A DNA stretch of 64,000 nucleotides, taken from Candidatus Multivoradales bacterium. Lineage in GTDB: Bacteria; Acidobacteriota; Thermoanaerobaculia; Multivoradales; JAHEKO01. The notes under the pieces were generated by a model, which saw nothing but the letters and a program-made list of their open reading frames with translations, was not told where the DNA came from and did no database searches. This document shows, piece by piece, positions 15,696 through 25,751 of this stretch. The DNA lies in NCBI GenBank assembly GCA_965224065.1, contig CBDCYF010000005.1, forward strand, positions 3,691,087 through 3,755,086. The letters run 5' to 3'. Numbering within the stretch: position 1 is the stretch's first letter; each line of letters begins with the position of its first letter. A program made the position numbers and the translations under genes.

Positions 15696-18659
15696 GTGAT
15701 CGGTAGCACGCTCTCTCACTACAACATCCTCGCCAAATTGGGCGAAGGCGGTATGGGGGAGGTCTATCTGGCCGAGGACACAAAGCTCGACCGGAAGGTG
15801 GCGCTCAAGGTGCTGCCTGCGGAGTTCGCCGGCGATCCCGAACGGTTGGCGCGTTTCGAGCGAGAAGCGAAGACGGTCGCTGCCCTCAACCACCCCAACA
15901 TCGTCACGATCTATTCGGTCGAGTCCTCGGAGCCGGTACAGGGCCCGGGCTCGAAGGATGAGAGCGATTCGCCCAGCCACTTCCTGACGATGGAGCTGTT
16001 GGAGGGGGAAACGCTCGACCGCCACATCCCGTCCGGTGGGCTGGAGCTCCCGAGGTTGTTCGAGCTTGCAATCCCGATTGCGGACGCGCTGGCCGAAGCG
16101 CACGTTCAGGGGATCACCCATCGGGATTTGAAGCCGACCAACGTGATGGTGAGCGCCAAGGGAGGGGTCAAGATCCTCGATTTTGGTTTGGCCAAGTCGT
16201 CCGAGCAGCACGACGGCTCGGAGGCCACGACCGCGCTGACCCAGGACGGGCTCGTCGTAGGGACGATCCGATACATGTCGCCGGAACAGGCGAGGGGCGA
16301 GCCGGCGGACCACCGCTCGGATGTTTTCTCGCTCGGAGTTCTGTTGTTTGAGATGGCGACCGGCCGGCGTCCGTTTCAGGGCGAGAGCTCGATCGAGCTC
16401 TTGTCATCCGTTTTGAAGGACGATCCACCGGCGGTGACCGAGATCAACTCGGACTTGCCCAATCACCTGGCGCGCGTGATCCGTCGCAGTCTCCAGAAGG
16501 ACCCGGAGTCGAGATATCAAACCGCACTCGAGGTGAGAAACGAGCTCCAGGAGCTGAAGCGCGAGGTCGATTCCGGCGCTTCCAGTCTCATGGATGGCCC
16601 GGCGGCCGGCAAGAAGCCTCGCCTCGGGCCGTCACGCTGGCTCTGGGCGGTGGGGGCCGTGCTGCTCCTCGCGGCTGGCGGGTGGCTCCTGAGAGACGAT
16701 CGTCGGGTCGAGCCCGAGGCTCCGGCCCCGGCGGAGGTCCTCGATGAATTGGAGAGCTTGGTCGAGAATGAGGAGTACCCCGCAGCGTTTGCATTCGCGC
16801 GCGGTTTCGAACCGGACCTCGCGCGCGACTCGAGGACGCTTGCGGCCGTCGAGCGTTCGACCCTTCGGGTAGCGATTCGCACCGATCCGGGGGGGGCGGC
16901 CGTCGTCGTTCGTCCTTACTCGGGCCAGTGGCCATGGGTCGAGTTGGGAAAGACCCCTCTCGAGTCCGTTGTCGTGCCCCGGGGGCCGGTCCGAGTCAGG
17001 ATCGTTCCGCAGGACAGCGAACCTCACGAACGGCTGGTGACTTTTCGTGGGGACGTGGATTGGACTCTGCCGGCGAGTCCACCGACCGGCATGACATGGG
17101 TGGCCGATGGCGAGGCAGCCGCCGACAGCCTGAGCGCGAGCCTGCCGAACGATCCCGTCGCACTGCAGGGTTTTTTTGTCGACCGTTTCGAGGTCAGCAA
17201 CGAGCAGTATCTAGAGTTCGTCAAGGACGGTGGCTACCGCCGGCCGGAGCTTTGGCCGCCGTTCGAACGCAGCGGTGCTAGCGTCTCCTGGCAGGCCGCC
17301 ATGGAAGAGCTCGTCGATACCACCGGCCGACCAGGGCCGGCGGACTGGGAGCTCGGTGCGTTTCCCGACGGGGAAGAAGCGCTGCCGGTGACCGGTGTCT
17401 CCTGGTTCGAGGCGGCCGCCTATGCCGAGTGGGCGGGTAAAGAGCTGCCCACGATCTACCACTGGCTGCGCACCGCCGAGCTTGGTGCTAGCCCTCAGAT
17501 CGTACCGGCGAGCAACTTCGGTTCCGAGCTACTTCCGGTCGGAGACGACCGCGGTCTGGGGGCGTGGGGCACCCGAGATCTGGCCGGCAACGCGATCGAA
17601 TGGTCCCGTTCCGAAACCTCGAATGGGAAGCGGTTACTCCTGGGTGGCTCGTGGAACCAGCCGTCCTACAATTATTTTTCGAGCTACGATGAAAGACCAC
17701 CATGGGAACGGCGTCCTGAGTTCGGCTTTCGCTGCATTCGGGAGACCGACGGGTCGGTGCAAGCTGCGCTACGCCCGATCGAGATCCGGCCCAGGCGTGA
17801 TTTTTTGACCGAAACTCCCGTCGACGATGCGACGTTCGAGATCTACCGTTCGTTCCACGATTTCGAGCGGCGACCGTTGGATCCACGCCCGGAGCCACTG
17901 CCGCCGACACCGGCATCCGAGCACTGGGCCGCGGAGCGTGTGAGCATCGACGCCGGCTATGGCGTAGAGCGCCTCCCGGTAATGCTATTTACGCCGGTGA
18001 GTGCCGACCCGCCCTACCAGACCGCCGTCCTCTTTGGCGGCGCCAACGCATTTAATGCCATCTCGAGTGAACAAGTTAGCGAACTGGTGAGCTTCGATGC
18101 GGTGGATTTTCTGATTCGGGACGGACGGGCTGTGGCGATGCCGATTTTCCTCGGTACGTATGAGCGCCACAACGATCTCGACGGGCGAATCGAGGATCCG
18201 ATCGTCGGCCGAGACCATACGCTGGCGTGGTCGAAAGAGGTGCGTCGAACGGTCGACTACCTGGAGAGCCGTGACGACGTCGACCCGACGCGGATCTTCT
18301 ACGTCGGTAGCAGCATGGGCGCGATCGTGGCGCCGGTCTTTCTCTCTCTCGAGCCTCGTTTTCGCGCCGCTTATCTGCGCCTGGGTGGTCTGCTGGCGTG
18401 GGAGACCAAGCCGGAGGTCGATGCGATCAACTTCGCGCCACGGGTCCGGGTCCCGATCTTGATGATCAACGGCCGGTACGATCGTCTTCTACCGTTGGAA
18501 ACGTCGCAGAAGACCATGCTCCGATGGCTCGGGACACCGGCCGAGGACAAGAAGCTCGTTTTATTCGATATGGGACACGGGTTGCCGCGACCTCGCAGCC
18601 GGTATATGCGCGAGGTTCTCGCCTGGACCGACCAGGTGCTGGGTCCGGTCGAGAACTGA
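15696..18659 (+). CDS. Ser/Thr kinase - TM - FGE/SUMF1-like - alpha/beta hydrolase fusion
   Basis: GEGGMG, VALK, HRDLKPTN, DFGLAK; TM; FFVDRFEVSN, LAGNAIEW, GFRC; GSSMG, GRYD, MGHG. Confidence 0.88.
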   Translation: MIGSTLSHYNILAKLGEGGMGEVYLAEDTKLDRKVALKVLPAEFAGDPERLARFEREAKTVAALNHPNIVTIYSVESSEPVQGPGSKDESDSPSHFLTMELLEGETLDRHIPSGGLELPRLFELAIPIADALAEAHVQGITHRDLKPTNVMVSAKGGVKILDFGLAKSSEQHDGSEATTALTQDGLVVGTIRYMSPEQARGEPADHRSDVFSLGVLLFEMATGRRPFQGESSIELLSSVLKDDPPAVTEINSDLPNHLARVIRRSLQKDPESRYQTALEVRNELQELKREVDSGASSLMDGPAAGKKPRLGPSRWLWAVGAVLLLAAGGWLLRDDRRVEPEAPAPAEVLDELESLVENEEYPAAFAFARGFEPDLARDSRTLAAVERSTLRVAIRTDPGGAAVVVRPYSGQWPWVELGKTPLESVVVPRGPVRVRIVPQDSEPHERLVTFRGDVDWTLPASPPTGMTWVADGEAAADSLSASLPNDPVALQGFFVDRFEVSNEQYLEFVKDGGYRRPELWPPFERSGASVSWQAAMEELVDTTGRPGPADWELGAFPDGEEALPVTGVSWFEAAAYAEWAGKELPTIYHWLRTAELGASPQIVPASNFGSELLPVGDDRGLGAWGTRDLAGNAIEWSRSETSNGKRLLLGGSWNQPSYNYFSSYDERPPWERRPEFGFRCIRETDGSVQAALRPIEIRPRRDFLTETPVDDATFEIYRSFHDFERRPLDPRPEPLPPTPASEHWAAERVSIDAGYGVERLPVMLFTPVSADPPYQTAVLFGGANAFNAISSEQVSELVSFDAVDFLIRDGRAVAMPIFLGTYERHNDLDGRIEDPIVGRDHTLAWSKEVRRTVDYLESRDDVDPTRIFYVGSSMGAIVAPVFLSLEPRFRAAYLRLGGLLAWETKPEVDAINFAPRVRVPILMINGRYDRLLPLETSQKTMLRWLGTPAEDKKLVLFDMGHGLPRPRSRYMREVLAWTDQVLGPVEN

Positions 18660-18663
18660 GGGC

Positions 18664-19218
18664 TCACTCTAGCCGGGCGACCGCCCGCCGCACCAGCCGG
18701 TGAAGGCTCTCTTCTCGGGTGTAGTCGGCGAGACCGTCCACTGCCACCCACTCCACGGCGTGCGACTCCTCGCTTTTTTGGGGCAGCCCGGAGATCGGGG
18801 CGCGGAAGACGTACCGCACGTCGTAGTGGAGGTGCGCGGGCTCGCCGGGGCGCTCCGGGATCGAGTGGATGTGGATGTCGACCGGCTCGTCCGGCGACAG
18901 CCGGCCAAGCGGCTCGATACCACACTCCTCGATCGCCTCACGGCGCGCCGCCGACAGCAGGCTTTTGTCTTCGAGGTCGACGTGGCCGCCGGGCTGAACC
19001 CAGAAACCCAGCTTGACGTGGTGGACGAGCAGAACCCGATCTCCCGCCGGGGAGAGGACACACGCCGAGGCGGTGACGTGACCCGGCTCGTACTGGTCGC
19101 GAGCGAGCGGGTGGGCGGTACCGGCCAGAAGGGCCTGAAAGCGTCCGACGGTCGCCGATTCGTCGGGGAATAGTTCTTGGTAGCGATCGATCTCCCCGCA
19201 AACCGACGCGATGTTCAA
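18664..19218 (-). CDS. NUDIX hydrolase
   Basis: GHVTAS, QPGGHVD..AARREAIEECG Nudix box, HLHYDVRY; TTG start overlapping upstream stop. Confidence 0.88.
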   Translation of the reverse strand: MNIASVCGEIDRYQELFPDESATVGRFQALLAGTAHPLARDQYEPGHVTASACVLSPAGDRVLLVHHVKLGFWVQPGGHVDLEDKSLLSAARREAIEECGIEPLGRLSPDEPVDIHIHSIPERPGEPAHLHYDVRYVFRAPISGLPQKSEESHAVEWVAVDGLADYTREESLHRLVRRAVARLE

Positions 19219-20369
19219 CTCCCCTCCAGCAGATCTGCCAGTGCCTCGACCCCACGCATCGTGACGTCCGGGGGCGCCGCCGTGTAGCAGAGCCGGGCGT
19301 GGGTCGGGTATGGACCAAAGCTCGGGCCCGGAGCCAGAAGCAGGCCGCGGTCGACACACCGGAGCAGAAACGCTTCCAGACCATCCTCACCGAGCGCGTC
19401 GGCCAGATCCAGAAACAGAAAGGTGCTGCCTTCGGGGGGCTCGACACCGAGCCGGTCGGCGGCGCGCTGCCCCGTCTCGCTGTATTGCTCGCGGGCCGAG
19501 GCGATCCAGGCTTCACCCGGACCGTCCATGGCCCGGAGCGCCGCGATCTGAGCCGCCGTCGGCGTCGAGTAGAAGGTGTGGGTCGAGACCTTGCGCACCT
19601 CGGCCATCAGATCGGCCGGCCCCACCGCGTAGCCGCAGCGATTGCCGGCCATGCCGTAGGCCTTGGAGAAGGAGTGGATCGAGATCGTGCTCTCGGGGGC
19701 CAGGGGCCGGGTGTAGACGTGCTCACCGCGAAAGACATAGTCCTCGTAGACGTCGTCCGCCAGGATCCACAGGCTCTTGGAGCGCGCCCAGGCGACCAGC
19801 GCCTCGATCCACTCGCGCGGCATGACCCGTCCGCTGGGGTTGTTGGGTGTGCTCAGGTACAGCGCGACGGTGCGGCTCCCGGCGGCCCGGTCGACGGCTT
19901 CGACCGCGGTCTCGGGCGAGTCCACCACTCCAAAAAAGGGCACGGCAACCGGCTGTGCCCGAAAGGAGGAGACGATGCCGGCGATCAGCGGCCAGAAAGG
20001 GGCGAGCAGCAAGACCTCATCGCCCGGCTCGACGATGGCACCGACCGCTGCGCCGAGGGCTCCGGTGGCGCCGGCGGCCACCAGCACGTTTTCGGAAGTG
20101 GTGGGCGTTCCGGTCCGGTCTTCGGTCCGCCCGACGATGGCGTCGAGCAGGTCCCCACGGCCCTGGACGGGGGCGTAGCGGTGCATTCCGGGGTACTCGG
20201 TGACCGACAGATCTTCCATCCGTGCCCCGTCGGCCGGCTCCATCCAGGTGTCTCCGACATGAAATGGATAGACCTCGCCGTCATAACCGGCCAGGCGGTG
20301 GACGAGGCTCGAGTAGACCGATCCCGACATGCGGGCGATGGTCGGTGCGACCTCGGGGAACTGCGGCAC
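19215..20369 (-). CDS. PLP-dependent aminotransferase class I/II
   Basis: TPNNPSG, DDVYE, SFSKAYGMAGNRCG. Confidence 0.9.
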   Translation of the reverse strand: MPQFPEVAPTIARMSGSVYSSLVHRLAGYDGEVYPFHVGDTWMEPADGARMEDLSVTEYPGMHRYAPVQGRGDLLDAIVGRTEDRTGTPTTSENVLVAAGATGALGAAVGAIVEPGDEVLLLAPFWPLIAGIVSSFRAQPVAVPFFGVVDSPETAVEAVDRAAGSRTVALYLSTPNNPSGRVMPREWIEALVAWARSKSLWILADDVYEDYVFRGEHVYTRPLAPESTISIHSFSKAYGMAGNRCGYAVGPADLMAEVRKVSTHTFYSTPTAAQIAALRAMDGPGEAWIASAREQYSETGQRAADRLGVEPPEGSTFLFLDLADALGEDGLEAFLLRCVDRGLLLAPGPSFGPYPTHARLCYTAAPPDVTMRGVEALADLLEGS

Positions 20370-20378
20370 CGGCTGTTT

Positions 20379-21686
20379 TTATCGCGATGAGGCCGATGCC
20401 TCAACCGGTGGGTGTGGGTCCGGCCCGGTTTCTTCGAGGATCAACCGCGCGCTGCGCTGATAGGTGAGGTAGGACCAGGCCCACTCGAACAGCACCACGA
20501 ATCGGTTGCGGAAACCGATGAGAAAGAAGATGTGGATCGACAGCCAGGCGAGCCAAGCGGGCAGACCGGAGAGCTTCAGCCCTCCAATCTCGGCGACCGC
20601 GGATTTGCGGCCGATCGTCGCCATCGAGCCGCGGTCTTTGTATCGAAAGGGCTGCGGCGCCCGGCCGGCGAGCCTCCGCCGAATGCACGCTGCCGCGTGC
20701 CAGCCCTGCTGCATGGCGGCGGGAGCGACTCCCGGCACCGGGCGGCCGTCCTGCTCGAGGTGGGCGAGATCGCCGACCACAAACGTCCCATCGTGGCCCG
20801 GCACCTCGAGGGTCGGCGTGACCTCGACCCGACCTGCGCGGTCGAGTGGTGCGCCCAGCGAAGCACCGAGCGGCGACGCCGCCACGCCGGCCGCCCAGAC
20901 GACGGTCTGCGTCTCGATTCGCTCGTCCGCCGCGCCGCCGTTGCCTTCGATCGTCACGCCCCGGGAATCGACCGCCTCGACCCGGGCCCCGAGTCGCACT
21001 TCGACGCCCAGGTTTTCGAGCTGCCGCCGCGCCTTGTCCGAGAGGCTCTGGGCGTAGGTCAGCAGCACGCGATCCGCTCCCTCGAGCAGCAGGATCCGCG
21101 CGTCCTTGGGGTCGAATCGTCGAAAATCGCCCGCCATCGTGTGGCGGGCGATCTCGGCCAGGGCGCCGGCCGTCTCCGCCCCCGTCGGACCGGCTCCGAT
21201 CACCGCGAAGGTCAGCCAGGCGGCTCGCTTCGCGGGATCGGACTCCGCCTCGGCCCGCTCGTACGCTAAGAGCACCCGGCGCCGGACCTCGAGCGCGTCT
21301 TCGAGGGTCTTGAGACCCGGTGCGTGCTCCTCCCATTCCGGATGGCCGAAGTACGAGTGACCGACTCCGGTAGCGAGGATCGCGTAGTCGTAGGCCAACC
21401 GGCTGCGGTCGGTCAACCTCATCTCGCGCGCCGCGGGGTCGACTTGAGTAACCTCTTCGAGGAGCACGGTGACGTTTTTCTGGCGCCGCAGGATGCGGCG
21501 GATCGGCTGTGCGATATTGGCCCCGACGAGCCCGGCGGTCGCCACCTGGTAGAGCAGCGGCTGGAACAGGTGGTGGTTGCGCTTGTCGATCAGGGTGATG
21601 CGGACCGGCGCGCGCCGGAGCGCCTTGGCGGCGGCGAGGCCGCCAAACCCTCCTCCGACGATGACCACGTGCGGCGGGTTGGCCAC
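20379..21686 (-). CDS. ndh: Type II NADH:quinone oxidoreductase
   Basis: VIVGGGFGG, FQPLLYQVATA, IGAGPTGAE, WAAGV, YKDRGSMATIGR; GTG 21686. Confidence 0.88.
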   Translation of the reverse strand: MANPPHVVIVGGGFGGLAAAKALRRAPVRITLIDKRNHHLFQPLLYQVATAGLVGANIAQPIRRILRRQKNVTVLLEEVTQVDPAAREMRLTDRSRLAYDYAILATGVGHSYFGHPEWEEHAPGLKTLEDALEVRRRVLLAYERAEAESDPAKRAAWLTFAVIGAGPTGAETAGALAEIARHTMAGDFRRFDPKDARILLLEGADRVLLTYAQSLSDKARRQLENLGVEVRLGARVEAVDSRGVTIEGNGGAADERIETQTVVWAAGVAASPLGASLGAPLDRAGRVEVTPTLEVPGHDGTFVVGDLAHLEQDGRPVPGVAPAAMQQGWHAAACIRRRLAGRAPQPFRYKDRGSMATIGRKSAVAEIGGLKLSGLPAWLAWLSIHIFFLIGFRNRFVVLFEWAWSYLTYQRSARLILEETGPDPHPPVEASASSR

Positions 21687-21723
21687 GCCCGGAGCATATC
21701 GGCCCGGTGATACTCTCCGCGCC

Positions 21724-22971
21724 ATGTCGAAAAAGCCAGCCCGAACCGTGCTGTCCACTGTCGCCGTGTCGACTGCTCTCATCGTCTCTTGTGGCACGCC
21801 GCCGTCTGAAGACGTCGCCGAAGGCGAAGAGGAAGCGGTGATGTCTCGCGGGAATGAGCTCGCCCAGGAAATGCTGATCGTCGACACCCACATCGACGTG
21901 CCCTACCGGTTTCACGACGAGGTCGAAGACATCTCGGCGCGCACCGAGGGCGGGGACTTCGACTATCCGCGGGCGGCGGCCGGTGGGCTGAATGCGGCCT
22001 TTATGTCGATCTATGTTCCTGCCAAATACCAGGACGAAGGCGGCGCCAAGGAGTTCGCCGACGAGCTGATCGACATGGTCGAAGGCTTCGAGTCTCGGTG
22101 GCCGGACAAGTTCGCCGTCGCGCGCTCGAGTGCCGACATCGAGCGACACAAGGGCCAAGGCCTGATCTCGCTGCCGCTGGGGATGGAGAACGGCGCCCCC
22201 ATCGAGGGCGATCTCGACAACCTGCGGCATTTTGCCGAGCGTGGGATTCGCTACATCACCCTGACCCACTCGAAAAACAACCACATCTGCGACTCCTCCT
22301 ACGAGGACGAGAAGAAGTGGGGCGGTCTGAGCCCGTTTGGCCGCGAAGTAGTGGCCGAGATGAACCGTCTGGGAGTCATGGTCGACGTCTCGCACGTCTC
22401 GGACGACGCCTTCTACCAGGTGCTGGAAGTCACCAGTGTGCCGGTGATCGCGTCGCACTCGTCCTGCCGTCACTTCACGCCCGGCTTTGAGCGCAACATG
22501 GGCGACGACATGATCGTCGCGCTGGCGGAGAACGGCGGTGTTCTCCAGATCAACTTCGGATCGGCGTTTCTGACGGAGCAGGCCAACAAGAAGTCAAAAG
22601 AGTCGTGGGCGGCCGCCGACCGCTACCAGGAAGAGAACGGGCTCGAAGACGGCGACCCCAAGATTCGTGAGTTCTTGCTGGAGTACCGCCGGGAGAATCC
22701 CATGCAGCTCGCCGACGTCGGGATCGTCGCGGACCACATCGACCACGTGCGCGATCTGGTCGGGATCGACCACGTCGGTTTGGGGTCGGATTTCGATGGG
22801 GTCGGCCCGACGCTGCCCGAGGGGCTGAAGGACGTCTCCGGGTTCCCGAATCTGGTCGATACGCTGCTCGAGCGAGGCTACAGCGAGGACGACATCGCCA
22901 AGGTCATGGGCGGCAACCTGATGCGGGTCTGGCGGGCCGTGGAGAGCGCGGCGGCGCCGGCGGCGGGCTGA
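21724..22971 (+). CDS. Membrane dipeptidase (M19), probable lipoprotein
   Basis: DTHID, GMENG, TLTH, DVSHVSD, ASHS, GLGSDFDG; lipobox-like IVSC. Confidence 0.92.
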   Translation: MSKKPARTVLSTVAVSTALIVSCGTPPSEDVAEGEEEAVMSRGNELAQEMLIVDTHIDVPYRFHDEVEDISARTEGGDFDYPRAAAGGLNAAFMSIYVPAKYQDEGGAKEFADELIDMVEGFESRWPDKFAVARSSADIERHKGQGLISLPLGMENGAPIEGDLDNLRHFAERGIRYITLTHSKNNHICDSSYEDEKKWGGLSPFGREVVAEMNRLGVMVDVSHVSDDAFYQVLEVTSVPVIASHSSCRHFTPGFERNMGDDMIVALAENGGVLQINFGSAFLTEQANKKSKESWAAADRYQEENGLEDGDPKIREFLLEYRRENPMQLADVGIVADHIDHVRDLVGIDHVGLGSDFDGVGPTLPEGLKDVSGFPNLVDTLLERGYSEDDIAKVMGGNLMRVWRAVESAAAPAAG

Positions 22972-22999
22972 TACGCCGGGGCAGGCTCCCGGAAACTCA

Positions 23000-24055
23000 G
23001 TGCCCGTCAGGCTAAGCGCCGCCGGCGTCGAGATCGTCGAGCTCGAGCACCGGACCGAGGCCGGCGTCACCCGCGCGGCGGTCGTTCCCGCCTGGGGCGC
23101 CAATGTGGTGTCGTTCGGCTACCGTGAGCGCGACTGGGCGGGCTCGGTCTCGGTTCTCGAAGACGTCGGGCTCGAGCGCGTCGCTCACCGCCCGACGAGC
23201 TATGGCCTACCGCTGCTAGCGCCCACGCCCGGACGCGTGGGCTCAAATCAGAGCGGACGATTTTCCTACTGCGGGCGCTCCTGGCGAATCGAGCCGACTC
23301 GCCACGGGCTGGTGCGGCAGGCGGTCTGGAAGATCGAAGATCTCACCGAATCCGACGTTCGCTGCGCCACTTTCATCGAGGTGGCGAGGAGGGGGGAAGC
23401 CGATGGCGGAGAGCGATTTCCCTTTCGGTTCCAGGCCGTTCACGATGTGTCGCTGGGGGAGCGTGTACTTCGCTCCCGGGTCCGGCTCGAGAACCACGGT
23501 GAACAGGTCCAACCGCTCAACGCCGGATGGCATCCCTATCTGCGCCGTCCGCCCGGCCCGTGCCGGGTCCGGATCCCGGCCTCGAGTCTCTGGGTCCTCG
23601 ACGGCGAGACCGAGCCGACGCCGACCGGTGAGATCGAGCCGGCGGATGGCCGCCGGGTTTCGTTCGGGACCGCGAGGGCAATCGCGGAAGAAGAGCACTG
23701 GGACGACGTGTTCACCAATCTCCGGACCGACCACGGCGTTGCGAGCTGCTGGGTCGAGGGCCGGGAGATCGTGCCGCTCCTAGACGGCCGCAAGCACCCG
23801 ATGACAGTGCGCCGCGTCGTCGACGTGCTCGCTGCGCCCTCAGAGGACGGGATGTCCGCAGTGCCACACGTCCAGCTCTACACCCCGCCCGGCCGCGAGG
23901 CGATCTCGATCGAGCCCCTCTCCTCCGTGCCCGACGCGATCAACCTCGCCGAGCGCGGTGTCCCCGGTACCGGCCTGTGCGAAGTGACGCCGGGCGGCTC
24001 CGTCGCGTTCGAGATCTCGCTACGGCTCGAAAAAAGGGGACTGTCCCCGAATTAA
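23000..24055 (+). CDS. Aldose 1-epimerase family protein
   Basis: PLLAPTPGRV, RHGL, GWHPY, WDDVF, QLYTP, ISIEP. Confidence 0.82.
   Translation: MPVRLSAAGVEIVELEHRTEAGVTRAAVVPAWGANVVSFGYRERDWAGSVSVLEDVGLERVAHRPTSYGLPLLAPTPGRVGSNQSGRFSYCGRSWRIEPTRHGLVRQAVWKIEDLTESDVRCATFIEVARRGEADGGERFPFRFQAVHDVSLGERVLRSRVRLENHGEQVQPLNAGWHPYLRRPPGPCRVRIPASSLWVLDGETEPTPTGEIEPADGRRVSFGTARAIAEEEHWDDVFTNLRTDHGVASCWVEGREIVPLLDGRKHPMTVRRVVDVLAAPSEDGMSAVPHVQLYTPPGREAISIEPLSSVPDAINLAERGVPGTGLCEVTPGGSVAFEISLRLEKRGLSPN
24030..24048. repeat. GGGGACTGTCCCC palindromic repeat
   Basis: AAAAAAGGGGACTGTCCCC in the last codons of the epimerase ORF; near-identical to 12076-12093. Confidence 0.55.
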
Positions 24056-24072
24056 GTATCCTGTCACCGTAA

Positions 24073-24810
24073 CTATTCGACGTAGGGGTCGCGCAGGTCG
24101 ACGGGCGGGTGTTTGGCGCGCATCCGCAGGTTGAGCATCTCGACAAAGACCGAGAAGCCCATCGCGAAGTAGATATAGCCCTTGGGGATGTGATGGTCGA
24201 GGCCGTCGGCGACCAGGGCCATGCCGATCAAGAGCAGAAAGGCGAGCGCCAGCATCTTGACGGTCGGATGGTCCTCGACGAAATCGCCGATGGCCCGGGC
24301 GGAGAACATCATAAAGCCGACCGCGATCACCACCGCCAGGACCATGATTGCGAGATCGTCGGCCATTCCCACCGCGGTGATGACGGAGTCGAGCGAGAAG
24401 ATGATGTCGAGCAGACAGATCTGGAGGAGCACGGCTTTGAAGGTCGCTGCCACGGCGGCCGATTTCTCGCCCTCGATTCCCTCGAGCTTGTGGTGGATCT
24501 CGTGAGTCGCCTTGCCGAGGAGAAAGAGGCCGCCACAGATCAGGATGAGGTCGCGTCCCGAGATCTCGTTGCCCCAAAGGGTGAAAAGCGGGGCGGTCAG
24601 CTTGACCACCCAGGCGAGTGACGCCAGCAACGCAATCCGCATCAGCATCGCCAAAGCCAGACCGATGGTGCGGCCTTTCTGCCGCTGTTCGGGCGGCAGC
24701 TTGCCGGTCAGGATCGAGATAAAGATGATGTTGTCGACCCCGAGCACGATCTCGAGGACGGTCAGGGTGAGCAGCGCGATCCACGCTTCGGGGCTCGTAA
24801 TCCAGTCCAT
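24073..24810 (-). CDS. TerC family membrane protein
   Basis: LEIVLGVDNIIFI, DIIFSLDSVITAVG, IPKGYIYFAM. Confidence 0.93.
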   Translation of the reverse strand: MDWITSPEAWIALLTLTVLEIVLGVDNIIFISILTGKLPPEQRQKGRTIGLALAMLMRIALLASLAWVVKLTAPLFTLWGNEISGRDLILICGGLFLLGKATHEIHHKLEGIEGEKSAAVAATFKAVLLQICLLDIIFSLDSVITAVGMADDLAIMVLAVVIAVGFMMFSARAIGDFVEDHPTVKMLALAFLLLIGMALVADGLDHHIPKGYIYFAMGFSVFVEMLNLRMRAKHPPVDLRDPYVE

Positions 24811-25080
24811 AGCGGCTGGACGCTAGCAGAGTGGCTCGCGGCCGAGAGCCGGGAGCTCACCCCAAAAGCCGGTCGACGCCCCTACCCGATCGGCTGGATC
24901 TCGTCCATGCCGCGAGACGGTGACTCCCGATGGAAGGCCTGTCAACCTCCCTGGGAGGCTGGGATGAGAATCCGTAGAACAGGCGGCGGCCCCTGGCCGC
25001 CGGGGACCGGCGCCGGGGATCGGTCGGTGCTCGCCCGCTCTCTTGCCACTGCGGGCGGAACAGGAGTAGGCTGGCTTCCC

Positions 25081-25590
25081 ATGTTTGGCCGGAGGACAAA
25101 GCGCGTTTTCCACATCGTGAGCCTGGCACTTGCCGCCGCCCTGGTGCTTTTTCACCTCCGGCTGCTGTGGACGCGGCTGGCCGATGGTTCGGTGTTCGAT
25201 CCGGTGGTCGCCGCTCGCTGGCTGATGGGCCTGGCTCTGGCCGGGCTCCTGGTCGGGCTCAAGCGGCGCAACGTGTCGGTGTTGCGGGGCCGGCCGGCGC
25301 TGGTTGCCTGGCTACTCGTGATGCTGCTTCACGCCGTTGCACTGGTTCCGGGGGTGGAGGCGTCCCCGGAGGCGGAGCGGACCGCCGAGCTCCTGCTGGT
25401 CTTGCCGGCGGGACTCGCCGCTGCCGCGGTGATTGCGGCGGGCGCGGTGGTGTCGACCGCGGCACGGTGGGCATCCGGGCTCGTCCGGTCCGGTCAAGCC
25501 GTCATGCAGCCCGCGGGATCGGGGAGCGCGGTTCTGCTCGGCGCGCTCGCACCCCGAGCACCGCCCGTCCGGCGTCGATTCGGTACCTAA
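25081..25590 (+). CDS. Multi-TM leader protein with C-terminal RAPP motif (putative arrest peptide)
   Basis: About four hydrophobic segments, His in or near TMs (VFHIV, LFHLR, LLHAV), ends LAPRAPPVRRRFGT; lies upstream of a TonB-dependent receptor. Confidence 0.7.
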   Translation: MFGRRTKRVFHIVSLALAAALVLFHLRLLWTRLADGSVFDPVVAARWLMGLALAGLLVGLKRRNVSVLRGRPALVAWLLVMLLHAVALVPGVEASPEAERTAELLLVLPAGLAAAAVIAAGAVVSTAARWASGLVRSGQAVMQPAGSGSAVLLGALAPRAPPVRRRFGT

Positions 25591-25751
25591 AACCGAGCCA
25601 CGAGAACGGTAGGCCTCACTGGCCATCCGGCTCGCCGGCTTTCTCTGATCCAAGTCGGATACCGATTCAACGTATCGGGCCACGCGCTCGGCTCGGCCCT
25701 GGTGGCCGAGCGTTCCGCCCTCCATGTTTGTGCGATGACAAGGAAAATCCC

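Noticed and set aside
14964-18659. Prophage or defence island around the TA pair
   Set aside because: No integrase, att repeats, phage genes or recognised defence genes nearby.
20401-22473. 690-aa minus-strand ORF and similar long ORFs (25587-27530, 41250-43025, 42643-44496, 7892-9658)
   Set aside because: Shadow ORFs overlapping well-supported genes, with no motifs; expected in high-GC DNA.
24811-25000. Possible yybP-ykoY (Mn2+) riboswitch upstream of terC
   Set aside because: Only fragmentary resemblance (GGGAGTC, CGAGAT); too short and lacking the four-way junction motifs. An Rfam scan would settle it.
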